A stretch of DNA of 64,000 nucleotides, from positions 19,172-83,171 of the forward strand of contig DATDYZ010000001.1 in the NCBI GenBank assembly GCA_035288905.1, in the 5' to 3' direction. A program made the position numbers and the translations under genes. This stretch comes from Candidatus Anderseniibacteriota bacterium (GTDB lineage Bacteria; Patescibacteriota; Andersenbacteria; UBA10190). Below the pieces are notes generated by a model. That model worked only from the letters and a program-made list of their open reading frames with translations, was not told the origin of the DNA and ran no database searches. The first letter of the stretch is position 1. Every line of letters begins with the position of its first letter. Shown here one piece after another: positions 56,645 to 64,000 of this stretch.

Positions 56645-57214
56645 ATGAAATATGAAAAATTATTTAAAGATCATACTCAAGAATTGCGAGAAACCATTGA
56701 TCGGTTGGATCAATACTACGAACAAGTTATAGAGGTTGCGAAGCAATTTAAAAAGGCATTTGATAGCGGAAATAAAATCTTAATTGCCGGTAATGGCGGA
56801 TCTGGCGCACAGGCGCTGCATTTATCAGATGAAATGGTGGGGCGGTATAGAAATGATAGGCAGGCGTATCCTGCAATATCGCTTACCGCAGATGGAGCGG
56901 TAATTACTTGTATTGGGAACGATTTTGGATACGACAATGTGTTCGGGAGGCAAGTCGCTGCCTTTGGACAACCAGGCGATATTTTTGTTGGCCTCACGAC
57001 TTCCGGAGCATCGGAAAATATTTTAAAAGCAGCAGCAGTCGCACGAGAGAGAGGAATGCTGATTATCGGATTTATGGGTGAAGGTGGAGTGTTTCAGGAG
57101 TTGTGTGATTTTGTGTTACAGGCGCCATCAAAGAAAAGCGCTGTTGTACAGGAAATGCATTTACACGCGATTCACTTGCTGTGTGAATTATTTGAAGAGC
57201 CAATATCAATTTAA
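56645..57214 (+). CDS. gmhA: Phosphoheptose isomerase (SIS domain)
   Basis: GNGGSGAQALHLSDE and TTSG. Trimmed from track ORF 56588. Confidence 0.85.
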   Translation: MKYEKLFKDHTQELRETIDRLDQYYEQVIEVAKQFKKAFDSGNKILIAGNGGSGAQALHLSDEMVGRYRNDRQAYPAISLTADGAVITCIGNDFGYDNVFGRQVAAFGQPGDIFVGLTTSGASENILKAAAVARERGMLIIGFMGEGGVFQELCDFVLQAPSKKSAVVQEMHLHAIHLLCELFEEPISI

Positions 57215-57224
57215 CAACTATTCT

Positions 57225-58217
57225 ATGAAACATATTTCACTAAAACGAGCGAAAGAAATTACCTCAAAGTTTAGCAGTCAAAAAGTTTTGGTCATTGGAG
57301 ATGCAATGATTGATCACTATGTGCTAGGGGTGGTACAGCGGGTGAACCCCGAAGCCCCTGTATCTCTGTTGAATGTGAAAGAAAAACGTGACATGAGCGG
57401 AGGTGCGGGTAATGCAGCGAAAAACGTTGCAACACTTGGTGCTGCCACTACCCTCCTTACGATTACCGGAGATGACCCGGCAGCATTTCGACTGAAGGAA
57501 ATTGCAGAAGCGGAACTGTATAAAGTGTACCCAATTCGAGATGGTTCTCGTCCAACTATTCAAAAGAGTAGGTATATGGCAAATCACCAACAACTGTTGC
57601 GGGTAGACGAAGAGGAAAAGCACCCGGTATCTCCTGAAATTGAAAAGCAAATAATAGCAGATATGGAGAAGTTGCAAGAAGGAATAACTGCGATTGTTGT
57701 TTCTGATTACGACAAGGGATTTATTACGCCCAATGTTGCTTCTGCTATTATTGCTATTGCTCATGATCGTTCTCTGCCGATTATTGCTGACTTGAAGGCG
57801 AATCACGTTCCGTTGTTTAAAGGAGTTACGGCTATTACTCCAAATCGAAAAGAAGCACATGAATTTCTTTCGCTTAATTGGCCAGATGAAAAAAAGCCAC
57901 CTGAATATTTAGCACAAGAACTTTCAAAGATGATGAAAAGCGATGTATTTGTAACGCTCGGAGATGAAGGTATTTACCTGCGGGATCGTGAAGGAGAAGA
58001 GTTCCATATTAATCCCGCGCGAAAAATTGAAGTGTTTGATGTGTCTGGGGCTGGCGATACGGTAGTTGCAACGTTAGCGTTATCGTATGCTTCGGGCGCT
58101 ACTGCATTTGAGGCTGGGGAATTAGCAAATGCAGCAGGTGCTGTTGTGGTAGGCAAGGTTGGAAGCGTTGCTCCTACTGTGGAAGAGATTTTAGAAATGG
58201 TTGAGTCTGAGGAATAG
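57225..58217 (+). CDS. hldA: D-glycero-beta-D-manno-heptose-7-phosphate kinase (stand-alone HldE kinase domain, PfkB family)
   Basis: VLVIGDAMIDHY, GGAGN and the C-terminal GAGDTVVA. Trimmed from track ORF 57078. Confidence 0.83.
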   Translation: MKHISLKRAKEITSKFSSQKVLVIGDAMIDHYVLGVVQRVNPEAPVSLLNVKEKRDMSGGAGNAAKNVATLGAATTLLTITGDDPAAFRLKEIAEAELYKVYPIRDGSRPTIQKSRYMANHQQLLRVDEEEKHPVSPEIEKQIIADMEKLQEGITAIVVSDYDKGFITPNVASAIIAIAHDRSLPIIADLKANHVPLFKGVTAITPNRKEAHEFLSLNWPDEKKPPEYLAQELSKMMKSDVFVTLGDEGIYLRDREGEEFHINPARKIEVFDVSGAGDTVVATLALSYASGATAFEAGELANAAGAVVVGKVGSVAPTVEEILEMVESEE

Positions 58218-58788
58218 TCCTTCTCGTATGCTTAAGCGCGTCATCTTTTTAGATCGCGATGGAACGCTGAACGTTGACCATGGATATGTGCACTCACGCG
58301 AACAGTGGGAGTGGGTGCCTGGTGCACTGGATGCATGTAAACAACTCCAAGATGCAGGGTATACGCTTGCAGTGATAACGAATCAATCCGGCATTGCCCA
58401 TGGCTTATATACAGAAGAAGCGATGCATGAGTTGCATCGATATATGAGATTGGAATTGGATCAGTATGGCGTGCATCTTGCGATGATTGCATTTTGTCCG
58501 CATGCTAGAAGCCAGACAGATTGCGATTGCAGAAAACCTCATATAGGGATGGCAAAACAAATTGAGGCAAAAATTGGTGAAATTGACTATGCAAATAGTT
58601 GGACAGTAGGTGATAAAGAAGCTGATTTGTTATTTGGCAAAACTGCAGGAACAAAAACGGCATTGATACGAAGTAAGTATTGGGAAGAAGGCAAACTAAC
58701 GGTACAACCTGATATGGTTGTTGATTCTCTGGAACAGGCGGCAGTTAGTATCACCTCTTCCCAATTGGGGAGAGGTCGCTCTGTATGA
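58201..58788 (+). CDS. gmhB: D,D-heptose 1,7-bisphosphate phosphatase
   Basis: IFLDRDGTLN and CPHARSQTDCDCRKP. The start could instead be the internal ATG at 58228. The C-terminal roughly 10 aa run into repeat B. Confidence 0.83.
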   Translation: MSLRNSPSRMLKRVIFLDRDGTLNVDHGYVHSREQWEWVPGALDACKQLQDAGYTLAVITNQSGIAHGLYTEEAMHELHRYMRLELDQYGVHLAMIAFCPHARSQTDCDCRKPHIGMAKQIEAKIGEIDYANSWTVGDKEADLLFGKTAGTKTALIRSKYWEEGKLTVQPDMVVDSLEQAAVSITSSQLGRGRSV

Positions 58789-58850
58789 GCGAAGCGAATT
58801 AAAGAGCGGGAGAGGGCAACCCAAAGCGCAACGACAGCCCTCCAGCCTTC
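58754..58850. repeat. Family B composite repeat (CCTCTTCCCAATTGGGGAGAGG ... GGGAGAGGGCAAC..CAACGACAGCCCTCC)
   Basis: Seen directly. Confidence 0.7.
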
Positions 58851-58980
58851 GCTGAAGCTATGGCCGGCAAAGCACCCTTTTACCCCACTGCGTCCCGCGT
58901 AGCTCGCAAGCGAAGTGGGATATGGGTAGAGGGGAACTATGCACTTCCCTATATTTTATTTTTTATATACTATTATATCT

Positions 58981-59493
58981 ATGGAACTTCCACATCATTG
59001 GAGAAAAGAGAAAATTTTAACCCTGGAAGAAGCAGCAAAAAAGTCTGCGGAACTTCGAGCACAAGGAAAGACAATCGTAAGCCATAACGGGTCTTATGAC
59101 CTACTTCACGGCGGGCATTTAGACATGCTTGAAGAAGCAAAGCAACAGGGCGATATTCTTATTGTTGGAATAAACACGGACGTTTCTATCCGTGATGCAA
59201 AGGGCCCTACTCGTCCTATTATTGGTGTAGAAAATCGTGCGGCTATGCTTGCTGCACTTATTTGCGTCGATTATGTAACAGTGATGGATGGGGCGTACAA
59301 CGAGGAGCCACAAGGTTCGTTTATACCTGCTATTAAGCCGCACATTCATGTGAATGGTGAAGAATACGGGCCAGAAGAAAAGTGGATTGAATACGGTGCA
59401 ATGCAAGCATGTGGAGCGAAGGGATACTCGGTAGGACGCAGACCAAACCTTTCAACCTCAGACATCATCAAGAAGATTCAATCGGAAGTATGA
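58981..59493 (+). CDS. hldC: D-beta-D-heptose-1-phosphate adenylyltransferase (stand-alone HldE C-terminal domain)
   Basis: Cytidylyltransferase motif SHNGSYDLLHGGH. Trimmed from track ORF 58939. Confidence 0.83.
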   Translation: MELPHHWRKEKILTLEEAAKKSAELRAQGKTIVSHNGSYDLLHGGHLDMLEEAKQQGDILIVGINTDVSIRDAKGPTRPIIGVENRAAMLAALICVDYVTVMDGAYNEEPQGSFIPAIKPHIHVNGEEYGPEEKWIEYGAMQACGAKGYSVGRRPNLSTSDIIKKIQSEV

Positions 59494-60551
59494 TTGTCGT
59501 AACTGGCGCAGCAGGGTTCATTGGAAGTGCTACGGTGTGGGCACTTAATCAAAAAGGCCGAGAAGATATTATTATTGTGGATGAGATAATTGATAACCCG
59601 ATTCTCCCACCCCCTCCAGCTCCCCCTCGGGCAGGGGGAGAGAACGCGGCGGACGCTTCGCCGAGTAGCGACTCGGCTCGCGAAAAGGAACACAATATCG
59701 GGCATTTGAAGTATGATCAAATGATGGGTATTGCCGATTTTCGAAAGCAATTACTATCAGGAGAACTGGATAGCTTAGGTATAGAAGCAATTATTCATTT
59801 GGGTGCATGCAGCGCAACTACAGAAACAAATTGGGACTATTTGCTGGATAACAACGTGGAGTATACCAAAGATATGATCCGCTGGTGCCAAACGAATAAC
59901 GCTCGGTGCGTGTATGCATCCAGTGCGGCAACATATGGTGATGGAGAGGTAGGGTATGACGATAATCACGACCTATTTGACTCGCTGGTACCGATGAACC
60001 TCTACGGCAAATCAAAGCTGTTAGTTGATATATGGGCGCGAGATGGCGGCTATTTAGATGGGGCAGTTGGTCTTCGATACTTTAACGTATTTGGTCCGAA
60101 TGAATGGCATAAAGGCTCTATGATGAGCGTAGTTGCAAAAAAGTACCCTGAAATTGCCTCTGGCAAACCCATTACGTTGTTTAAGTCGTATGAAAAGGAC
60201 TATGGTGATGGTGAACAAAAACGAGACTTCGTGTATGTAAAAGATGCAGTGAGAGCCACTCTCTTTTTTATGGATAACATGCAACATAATGGAGTGTATA
60301 ACGTGGGTATGGGAATTGCCCGTTCCTGGCTTGATGTTGCCCGCGCCATGTTTGCAGCATCTAGTATTCCAGAAAAGGTAGAGTTTATCGAGATGCCAGA
60401 TAATCTCAAAAACCAATATCAATACTTTACGCAGGCAAATATTAAAAAGTTAGAAGCAACAGGATTTGATATGAGTCAAAATTATTCTTTAGAGAAAGCA
60501 GTGACAGAATATATCCAAGAACATTTAGCTCCTCATAAACACTTAGTATGA
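59490..60551 (+). CDS. hldD: ADP-L-glycero-D-manno-heptose 6-epimerase, carrying an in-frame Family B repeat insertion
   Basis: [22 protein letters not shown] and the YxxxK catalytic pattern. The ATGA start overlaps the hldC stop. Trimmed from track ORF 59409. The extra segment [29 protein letters not shown] lies in the first variable loop. Confidence 0.88.
   Translation: MIVVTGAAGFIGSATVWALNQKGREDIIIVDEIIDNPILPPPPAPPRAGGENAADASPSSDSAREKEHNIGHLKYDQMMGIADFRKQLLSGELDSLGIEAIIHLGACSATTETNWDYLLDNNVEYTKDMIRWCQTNNARCVYASSAATYGDGEVGYDDNHDLFDSLVPMNLYGKSKLLVDIWARDGGYLDGAVGLRYFNVFGPNEWHKGSMMSVVAKKYPEIASGKPITLFKSYEKDYGDGEQKRDFVYVKDAVRATLFFMDNMQHNGVYNVGMGIARSWLDVARAMFAASSIPEKVEFIEMPDNLKNQYQYFTQANIKKLEATGFDMSQNYSLEKAVTEYIQEHLAPHKHLV
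59603..59688. repeat. Family B-variant repeat inside the hldD CDS
   Basis: CCCCCTCCAGCTCCCCCTCGGGCAGGGGGAGAG plus the CGAGTAGCGACTCG palindrome. Confidence 0.7.
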
Positions 60552-61423
60552 AAGGTATTATTTTAGCTGGTGGATCAGGGACAAGATTGTATCCATTAAC
60601 ACGAGCGGTGAGTAAACAATTGCTTCCAGTATACGATAAGCCAATGGTGTATTATCCGCTTTCTACACTGATGCTTTCAGGCATTACGGAGATTTTATTT
60701 ATTTCAACCCCGAAAGATTTGCCTATTTTTGAATCGTTGTTTGGTGATGGATCTAATTTGGGGATGAAATTTAGCTACAAAGTGCAAGAAAAACCAAATG
60801 GTTTACCAGAAGCATTTATATTGGGCGAGGATTTTATCGGGGACGATAGTGTTGCGATGATGCTTGGCGATAATATTTTATATGGAAGTGGGCTCTCGGG
60901 TATTTTAAAGGATGCAAAAGAAAAAGTTGAAACAGACGGCGGGCACATGCTGTTTGGGTATCATGTACCTGATCCAGAGCGTTCTGGAGTGATAGAGTTT
61001 GATGCTGCTGAAACCGTTGTTTCTATTGAAGAAAAACCAAAGAATCCGAAATCGCCTTATGCAATTTTAGGGTTATACTTTTTCGATAACAAGGTTGTTG
61101 AAGTAGCAAAGGGGCTTACGCCGTCTGCCCGTGGAGAACTAGAAATGGTCGATTTGCATAATCACTATTTAGCTGCAGGCAATTTATACGCTACAAAATT
61201 ACCTCGAGGGGTAGCCTGGCTAGATGCGGGGTTGCACTCTTCACTATTGCAGGCGGGTAATTTTGTTCAGATTGTTGAACAGCGCCAAGGATTAAAAATA
61301 GGGTGCATTGAAGAAGTCGCATACCGAATGGGGTATATTACGGCGCAGCAGCTTACTGAAATAGCGCAGGGGTTACTAAAAAGTGGATATGGACAGTATT
61401 TGTTGGATGTCGCTAATGAATAG
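60548..61423 (+). CDS. rfbA: Glucose-1-phosphate thymidylyltransferase
   Basis: [17 protein letters not shown]. Confidence 0.92.
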   Translation: MKGIILAGGSGTRLYPLTRAVSKQLLPVYDKPMVYYPLSTLMLSGITEILFISTPKDLPIFESLFGDGSNLGMKFSYKVQEKPNGLPEAFILGEDFIGDDSVAMMLGDNILYGSGLSGILKDAKEKVETDGGHMLFGYHVPDPERSGVIEFDAAETVVSIEEKPKNPKSPYAILGLYFFDNKVVEVAKGLTPSARGELEMVDLHNHYLAAGNLYATKLPRGVAWLDAGLHSSLLQAGNFVQIVEQRQGLKIGCIEEVAYRMGYITAQQLTEIAQGLLKSGYGQYLLDVANE

Positions 61424-61429
61424 CAGCGA

Positions 61430-61541
61430 TCCCCTCTCCCCAATTGGGGAGAGGGTTAGGGAGAGGGCAACCCACGACGCAACGACAGCCCTCACCCCTG
61501 CCTGCGGGCTAGGCCCTCTCCCCCATATGGGTAGAGGGGAA
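61430..61541. repeat. Family B composite repeat (two palindromes flanking GGGCAAC..ACGACAGCCCTCACCCC)
   Basis: Seen directly. Confidence 0.75.
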
Positions 61542-61588
61542 CTAACCATTATTGACAATAACAATATAATAGAACATAATATAGCCAT

Positions 61589-62554
61589 ATGGATTACTCA
61601 ATAGTAGTACCCGCTCGTAACGAAGAAGGATCTATTAACGCGTTGTATGAGGCTACAAAGCGTATTTTTGATGCAATGGGAGGTACTTGGGAATTGATTG
61701 TTGTAGATGATGGTAGTACTGATTCTACGTATCAAATTCTTTCCGATATTTGTGACAAGGATGCAAATGTAAAAATAGTTCGGCTTCGCAGAAGTTTTGG
61801 CCAAACCGCAGGATGGTCTGCTGGGTTTTCTGCTGCATCAGGAGATATTGTGATTGTGATGGATGCTGATTTACAAAACGACCCGGAAGACATTCCCGCA
61901 ATGATTAAAAAACTCAAGGATGAAAATTACGATGTTATTTCCGGCTGGAGAAAAGATAGAAAAGATGCCAGTATGTTAAAGGTTGGAAGCAAAATTGGAA
62001 ACTGGGTACGGAGAAAAGTTACGGGAGAAAAAATTCATGATCAAGGGTGCAGCTTAAAAGTATATCGTAAGGAAGCGCTGGAGGATTTAGAACTCTACGG
62101 AGAAATGCATCGCTATATTACCGCGTTGTTAACGTGGAAAGGCTTTAGGGTTGGAGAAATGGTTGTGCGCCATCATGCACGTGCACACGGAAAAACAAAC
62201 TATACTATCCGAAAAAAGTTGAAAGGCTTTTTAGATCTGCTTATTGTAAAGTTTTGGATTCAGTACTCTGCACGGCCGATGCATCTCTTTGGTGCAATTG
62301 GAGTAATTTTTATTGGTGCAGGTTTTTTGCTTGGGAGCACGTTGGGCACTCTGTGGCTGTTTCGCCTTATTTCACTTGCGGGTAGATCAACACCGTTGCT
62401 CGCAGTACTGCTCGTACTCTTAGGGTTTCAGTTTTTACTAGCTGGAGTGCTCGCAGATATAGTTGCGCATACGTATTACGCACAAAAAAAGCCCTACTCT
62501 ATTAAAGAAACAAAAGGGTTTCAGTCTTCGACGGGTTCGACAAGCTCACCGTAA
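61589..62554 (+). CDS. GT2 polyprenyl-phosphate glycosyltransferase (ArnC/GtrB/DPM1-like) with C-terminal TM helices
   Basis: SIVVPARNEE, VVDDGSTDST and a DAD motif. Two C-terminal TM segments. Confidence 0.85.
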   Translation: MDYSIVVPARNEEGSINALYEATKRIFDAMGGTWELIVVDDGSTDSTYQILSDICDKDANVKIVRLRRSFGQTAGWSAGFSAASGDIVIVMDADLQNDPEDIPAMIKKLKDENYDVISGWRKDRKDASMLKVGSKIGNWVRRKVTGEKIHDQGCSLKVYRKEALEDLELYGEMHRYITALLTWKGFRVGEMVVRHHARAHGKTNYTIRKKLKGFLDLLIVKFWIQYSARPMHLFGAIGVIFIGAGFLLGSTLGTLWLFRLISLAGRSTPLLAVLLVLLGFQFLLAGVLADIVAHTYYAQKKPYSIKETKGFQSSTGSTSSP

Positions 62555-62574
62555 ACAGCTCAGGATAAATAATT

Positions 62575-63723
62575 ATGAATTTATTGCTGATAAATAACGA
62601 ATTTCCTCCTATTGGCGGAGGCGGCTCTACGGTTACAAAATATGCAATCCGCTATCTTGTTCAAATGGGACATACCGTAACCCTTATTACGTCTAGGTAC
62701 GGTAATTTGCCTCATCGAGAAGTTATTGATGGTGCTGCGGTAATTCGTATCCCTGCACTTCGAAGATATAAAGATTATAGTTCTGTGTTTGAGCTTGTGA
62801 TTTTTGGTATATCTGCACTTCTGTATTCTTTTTTCTTTACCCTCAAGTATAAAACTGATTTTACATTTGCTTTTTTTGCCGTGCCCGCAGGTTGGGTAGC
62901 GTGGATACTTTCGTATGTACGAGGTATTCCGTATGGAGTGTATTTTGGAGGGTCGGATATTCCAGGCGCAAACCCGTCTCGTTTTCGTCAGATATATCCG
63001 TTTATTACACCTCTTTTAAAAACGATTTGGAAGCGTGCGTCGTTTCGGTCAGTATGTTCAAAAGATTTACAAGATATTGCACGCCGTCTTGATCCGGCAT
63101 CCGAGTTTCACTATATTCCTAATGGCGTAGAGACAGATAGATTTATGCCAATAGACCGACCAGAAAACCCTAAAGTAAAAATAGTTTTTATTGGTAGGCT
63201 TATTCCACGCAAGGGATTTCATCGAGTGGTACGCGCGCTTCCTAAAGTTCTTACGCTAACACATGTCCCTTTTGAAATTGAAGTGGTGGGTACGGGTGCT
63301 CATCGTGCAGAGTTGGACGACCTTGCAGAGCAATTAGGCGTAAGCCAATTTATTTCCTATATTGGCATGGTGCCATATGACCAATTAGAAAAGTCATACC
63401 AGTATGCAGATATATTTGTGCTGACGTCACTTTCTGAGGGTATGCCTTCTGTAATACTAGAGGCAATGGGTGCTGGGCTTCCTATTATTGCCAGCAATGT
63501 AGGGGGTAATAACGAAATTGTGAAAGAAGGCGAAAATGGATTCCTCATTATGGGTGACGATATTGATTTATTAGCAGATAAAATGGCAGTATTAATTAAC
63601 GACAGTGCTCTGCGCAAACAGATGGGAGCTAAAAGTCGGGAATATGCGATGCAGTACGATTGGAAACATATTATGAACAGGTATAATGAACTGATAATGC
63701 AATATGGCAAAAAACAGCAATAA
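62575..63723 (+). CDS. GT4 family glycosyltransferase
   Basis: EGMPSVILEAMGAGLPIIASNVGG. Confidence 0.85.
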   Translation: MNLLLINNEFPPIGGGGSTVTKYAIRYLVQMGHTVTLITSRYGNLPHREVIDGAAVIRIPALRRYKDYSSVFELVIFGISALLYSFFFTLKYKTDFTFAFFAVPAGWVAWILSYVRGIPYGVYFGGSDIPGANPSRFRQIYPFITPLLKTIWKRASFRSVCSKDLQDIARRLDPASEFHYIPNGVETDRFMPIDRPENPKVKIVFIGRLIPRKGFHRVVRALPKVLTLTHVPFEIEVVGTGAHRAELDDLAEQLGVSQFISYIGMVPYDQLEKSYQYADIFVLTSLSEGMPSVILEAMGAGLPIIASNVGGNNEIVKEGENGFLIMGDDIDLLADKMAVLINDSALRKQMGAKSREYAMQYDWKHIMNRYNELIMQYGKKQQ

Positions 63724-63735
63724 AAGCGTAGACGT

Positions 63736-63848
63736 TCCCTTCTCCCCAATTGGGGAGAAGGTGCCTCGCCAGAGCGGGCGGATGAGGGCAGGACACAACG
63801 CTACAACAGCCCTCACCCCAACCCTCTCCCCCCATGGGGAGAGGGGGT
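63736..63848. repeat. Family B composite repeat
   Basis: CCCTTCTCCCCAATTGGGGAGAAGG ... ACAACAGCCCTCACCCC ... CCCTCTCCCCCCATGGGGAGAGGGGG. Confidence 0.75.
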
Positions 63849-63862
63849 CTCGTGATTACTTT

Positions 63863-64000
63863 ACCGGCAAAAAAGTATTAATCACCGGCGGTGCTGGATT
63901 TTTGGGTAGTTCTCTTGCGCAAGTTCTTGTTCTGCTGGGCGCAGAAATTACGATACTAGATGCCATGTTGCCATTGTACGGCGGAAATTTGTTCAACCTA
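63863..64000 (+). CDS. N-terminus of an NAD-dependent epimerase/dehydratase (possibly dTDP-glucose 4,6-dehydratase or UDP-sugar epimerase), partial
   Basis: TGKKVLITGGAGFLGS Rossmann motif. The start codon is unclear because the ORF emerges from the repeat, and the gene runs off the window. Confidence 0.45.

Overview
This 64 kb window comes from a compact, moderately AT-rich bacterial genome (I estimate about 42-45% GC, not computed). The gene content is consistent with a Candidate Phyla Radiation (Patescibacteria)-like organism, though I cannot confirm that from sequence alone. The supporting signs are: ribosomal protein L30 is absent between rpsE and rplO, the S14 is the zinc-ribbon 'type Z' form, several ribosomal proteins carry terminal extensions, and there is a 1004-aa predicted secreted surface protein (signal peptide, tandem repeat domains).

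In order, the window contains:
- an S10/spc ribosomal superoperon (rpsJ through rplO, then secY, adk, map) that ends early and runs into ruvX, an ispA-like prenyl synthase and uppS;
- the large secreted surface protein;
- galT and a GT2 glycosyltransferase on the minus strand;
- a contiguous glycolytic cluster (tpiA, fba, a PfkB-family kinase, gap, pgk, eno);
- recJ, an O-methyltransferase, a matrixin-like membrane metalloprotease with a small Cys-rich membrane peptide, rnhA, and RNase P RNA (rnpB) antisense to the end of rnhA;
- a surface-polysaccharide cluster (polyprenyl-phosphate sugar transferase plus three GT4 glycosyltransferases);
- an island carrying a cyclodipeptide-synthase-like gene and an IS200-like (HuH Y1) transposase, both bracketed by REP palindromes;
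- a DUF4012 protein, murJ and a polytopic membrane protein;
- a second REP/transposase island carrying a methyltransferase;
- lepA;
- dTDP-rhamnose genes (rfbC, rfbD, rfbA) interleaved with a complete ADP-L-glycero-D-manno-heptose pathway (gmhA, split hldA/hldC, gmhB, hldD), GT2/GT4 genes, and a run of higher-GC single-gene cassettes (SDR, two IMPase-family paralogs, Nudix, a second GmhB-like phosphatase, HAD). Most of these cassettes have their own terminator, consensus sigma70 promoter and leader.

Four dispersed palindromic repeat families are visible:
- Family A: GTCATCCCGGGCTTGACCCGGGATCCAGG...
- Family B: CCCTCTCCCCAATTGGGGAGAGGG, with GGGCAAC..ACGACAGCCCTCACCCC extensions
- REP-C: TTCCAAGGCTTTGCCTTGGAA
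- REP-D: TTCCGACACCTGGTGTCGGAA

Families A and B also lie in-frame inside conserved genes (lepA, hldD, the O-methyltransferase, ruvX), as described for Rickettsia palindromic elements. I found no rRNA, tRNA or CRISPR array. ORF starts were trimmed where the six-frame track clearly over-extends into the upstream gene.
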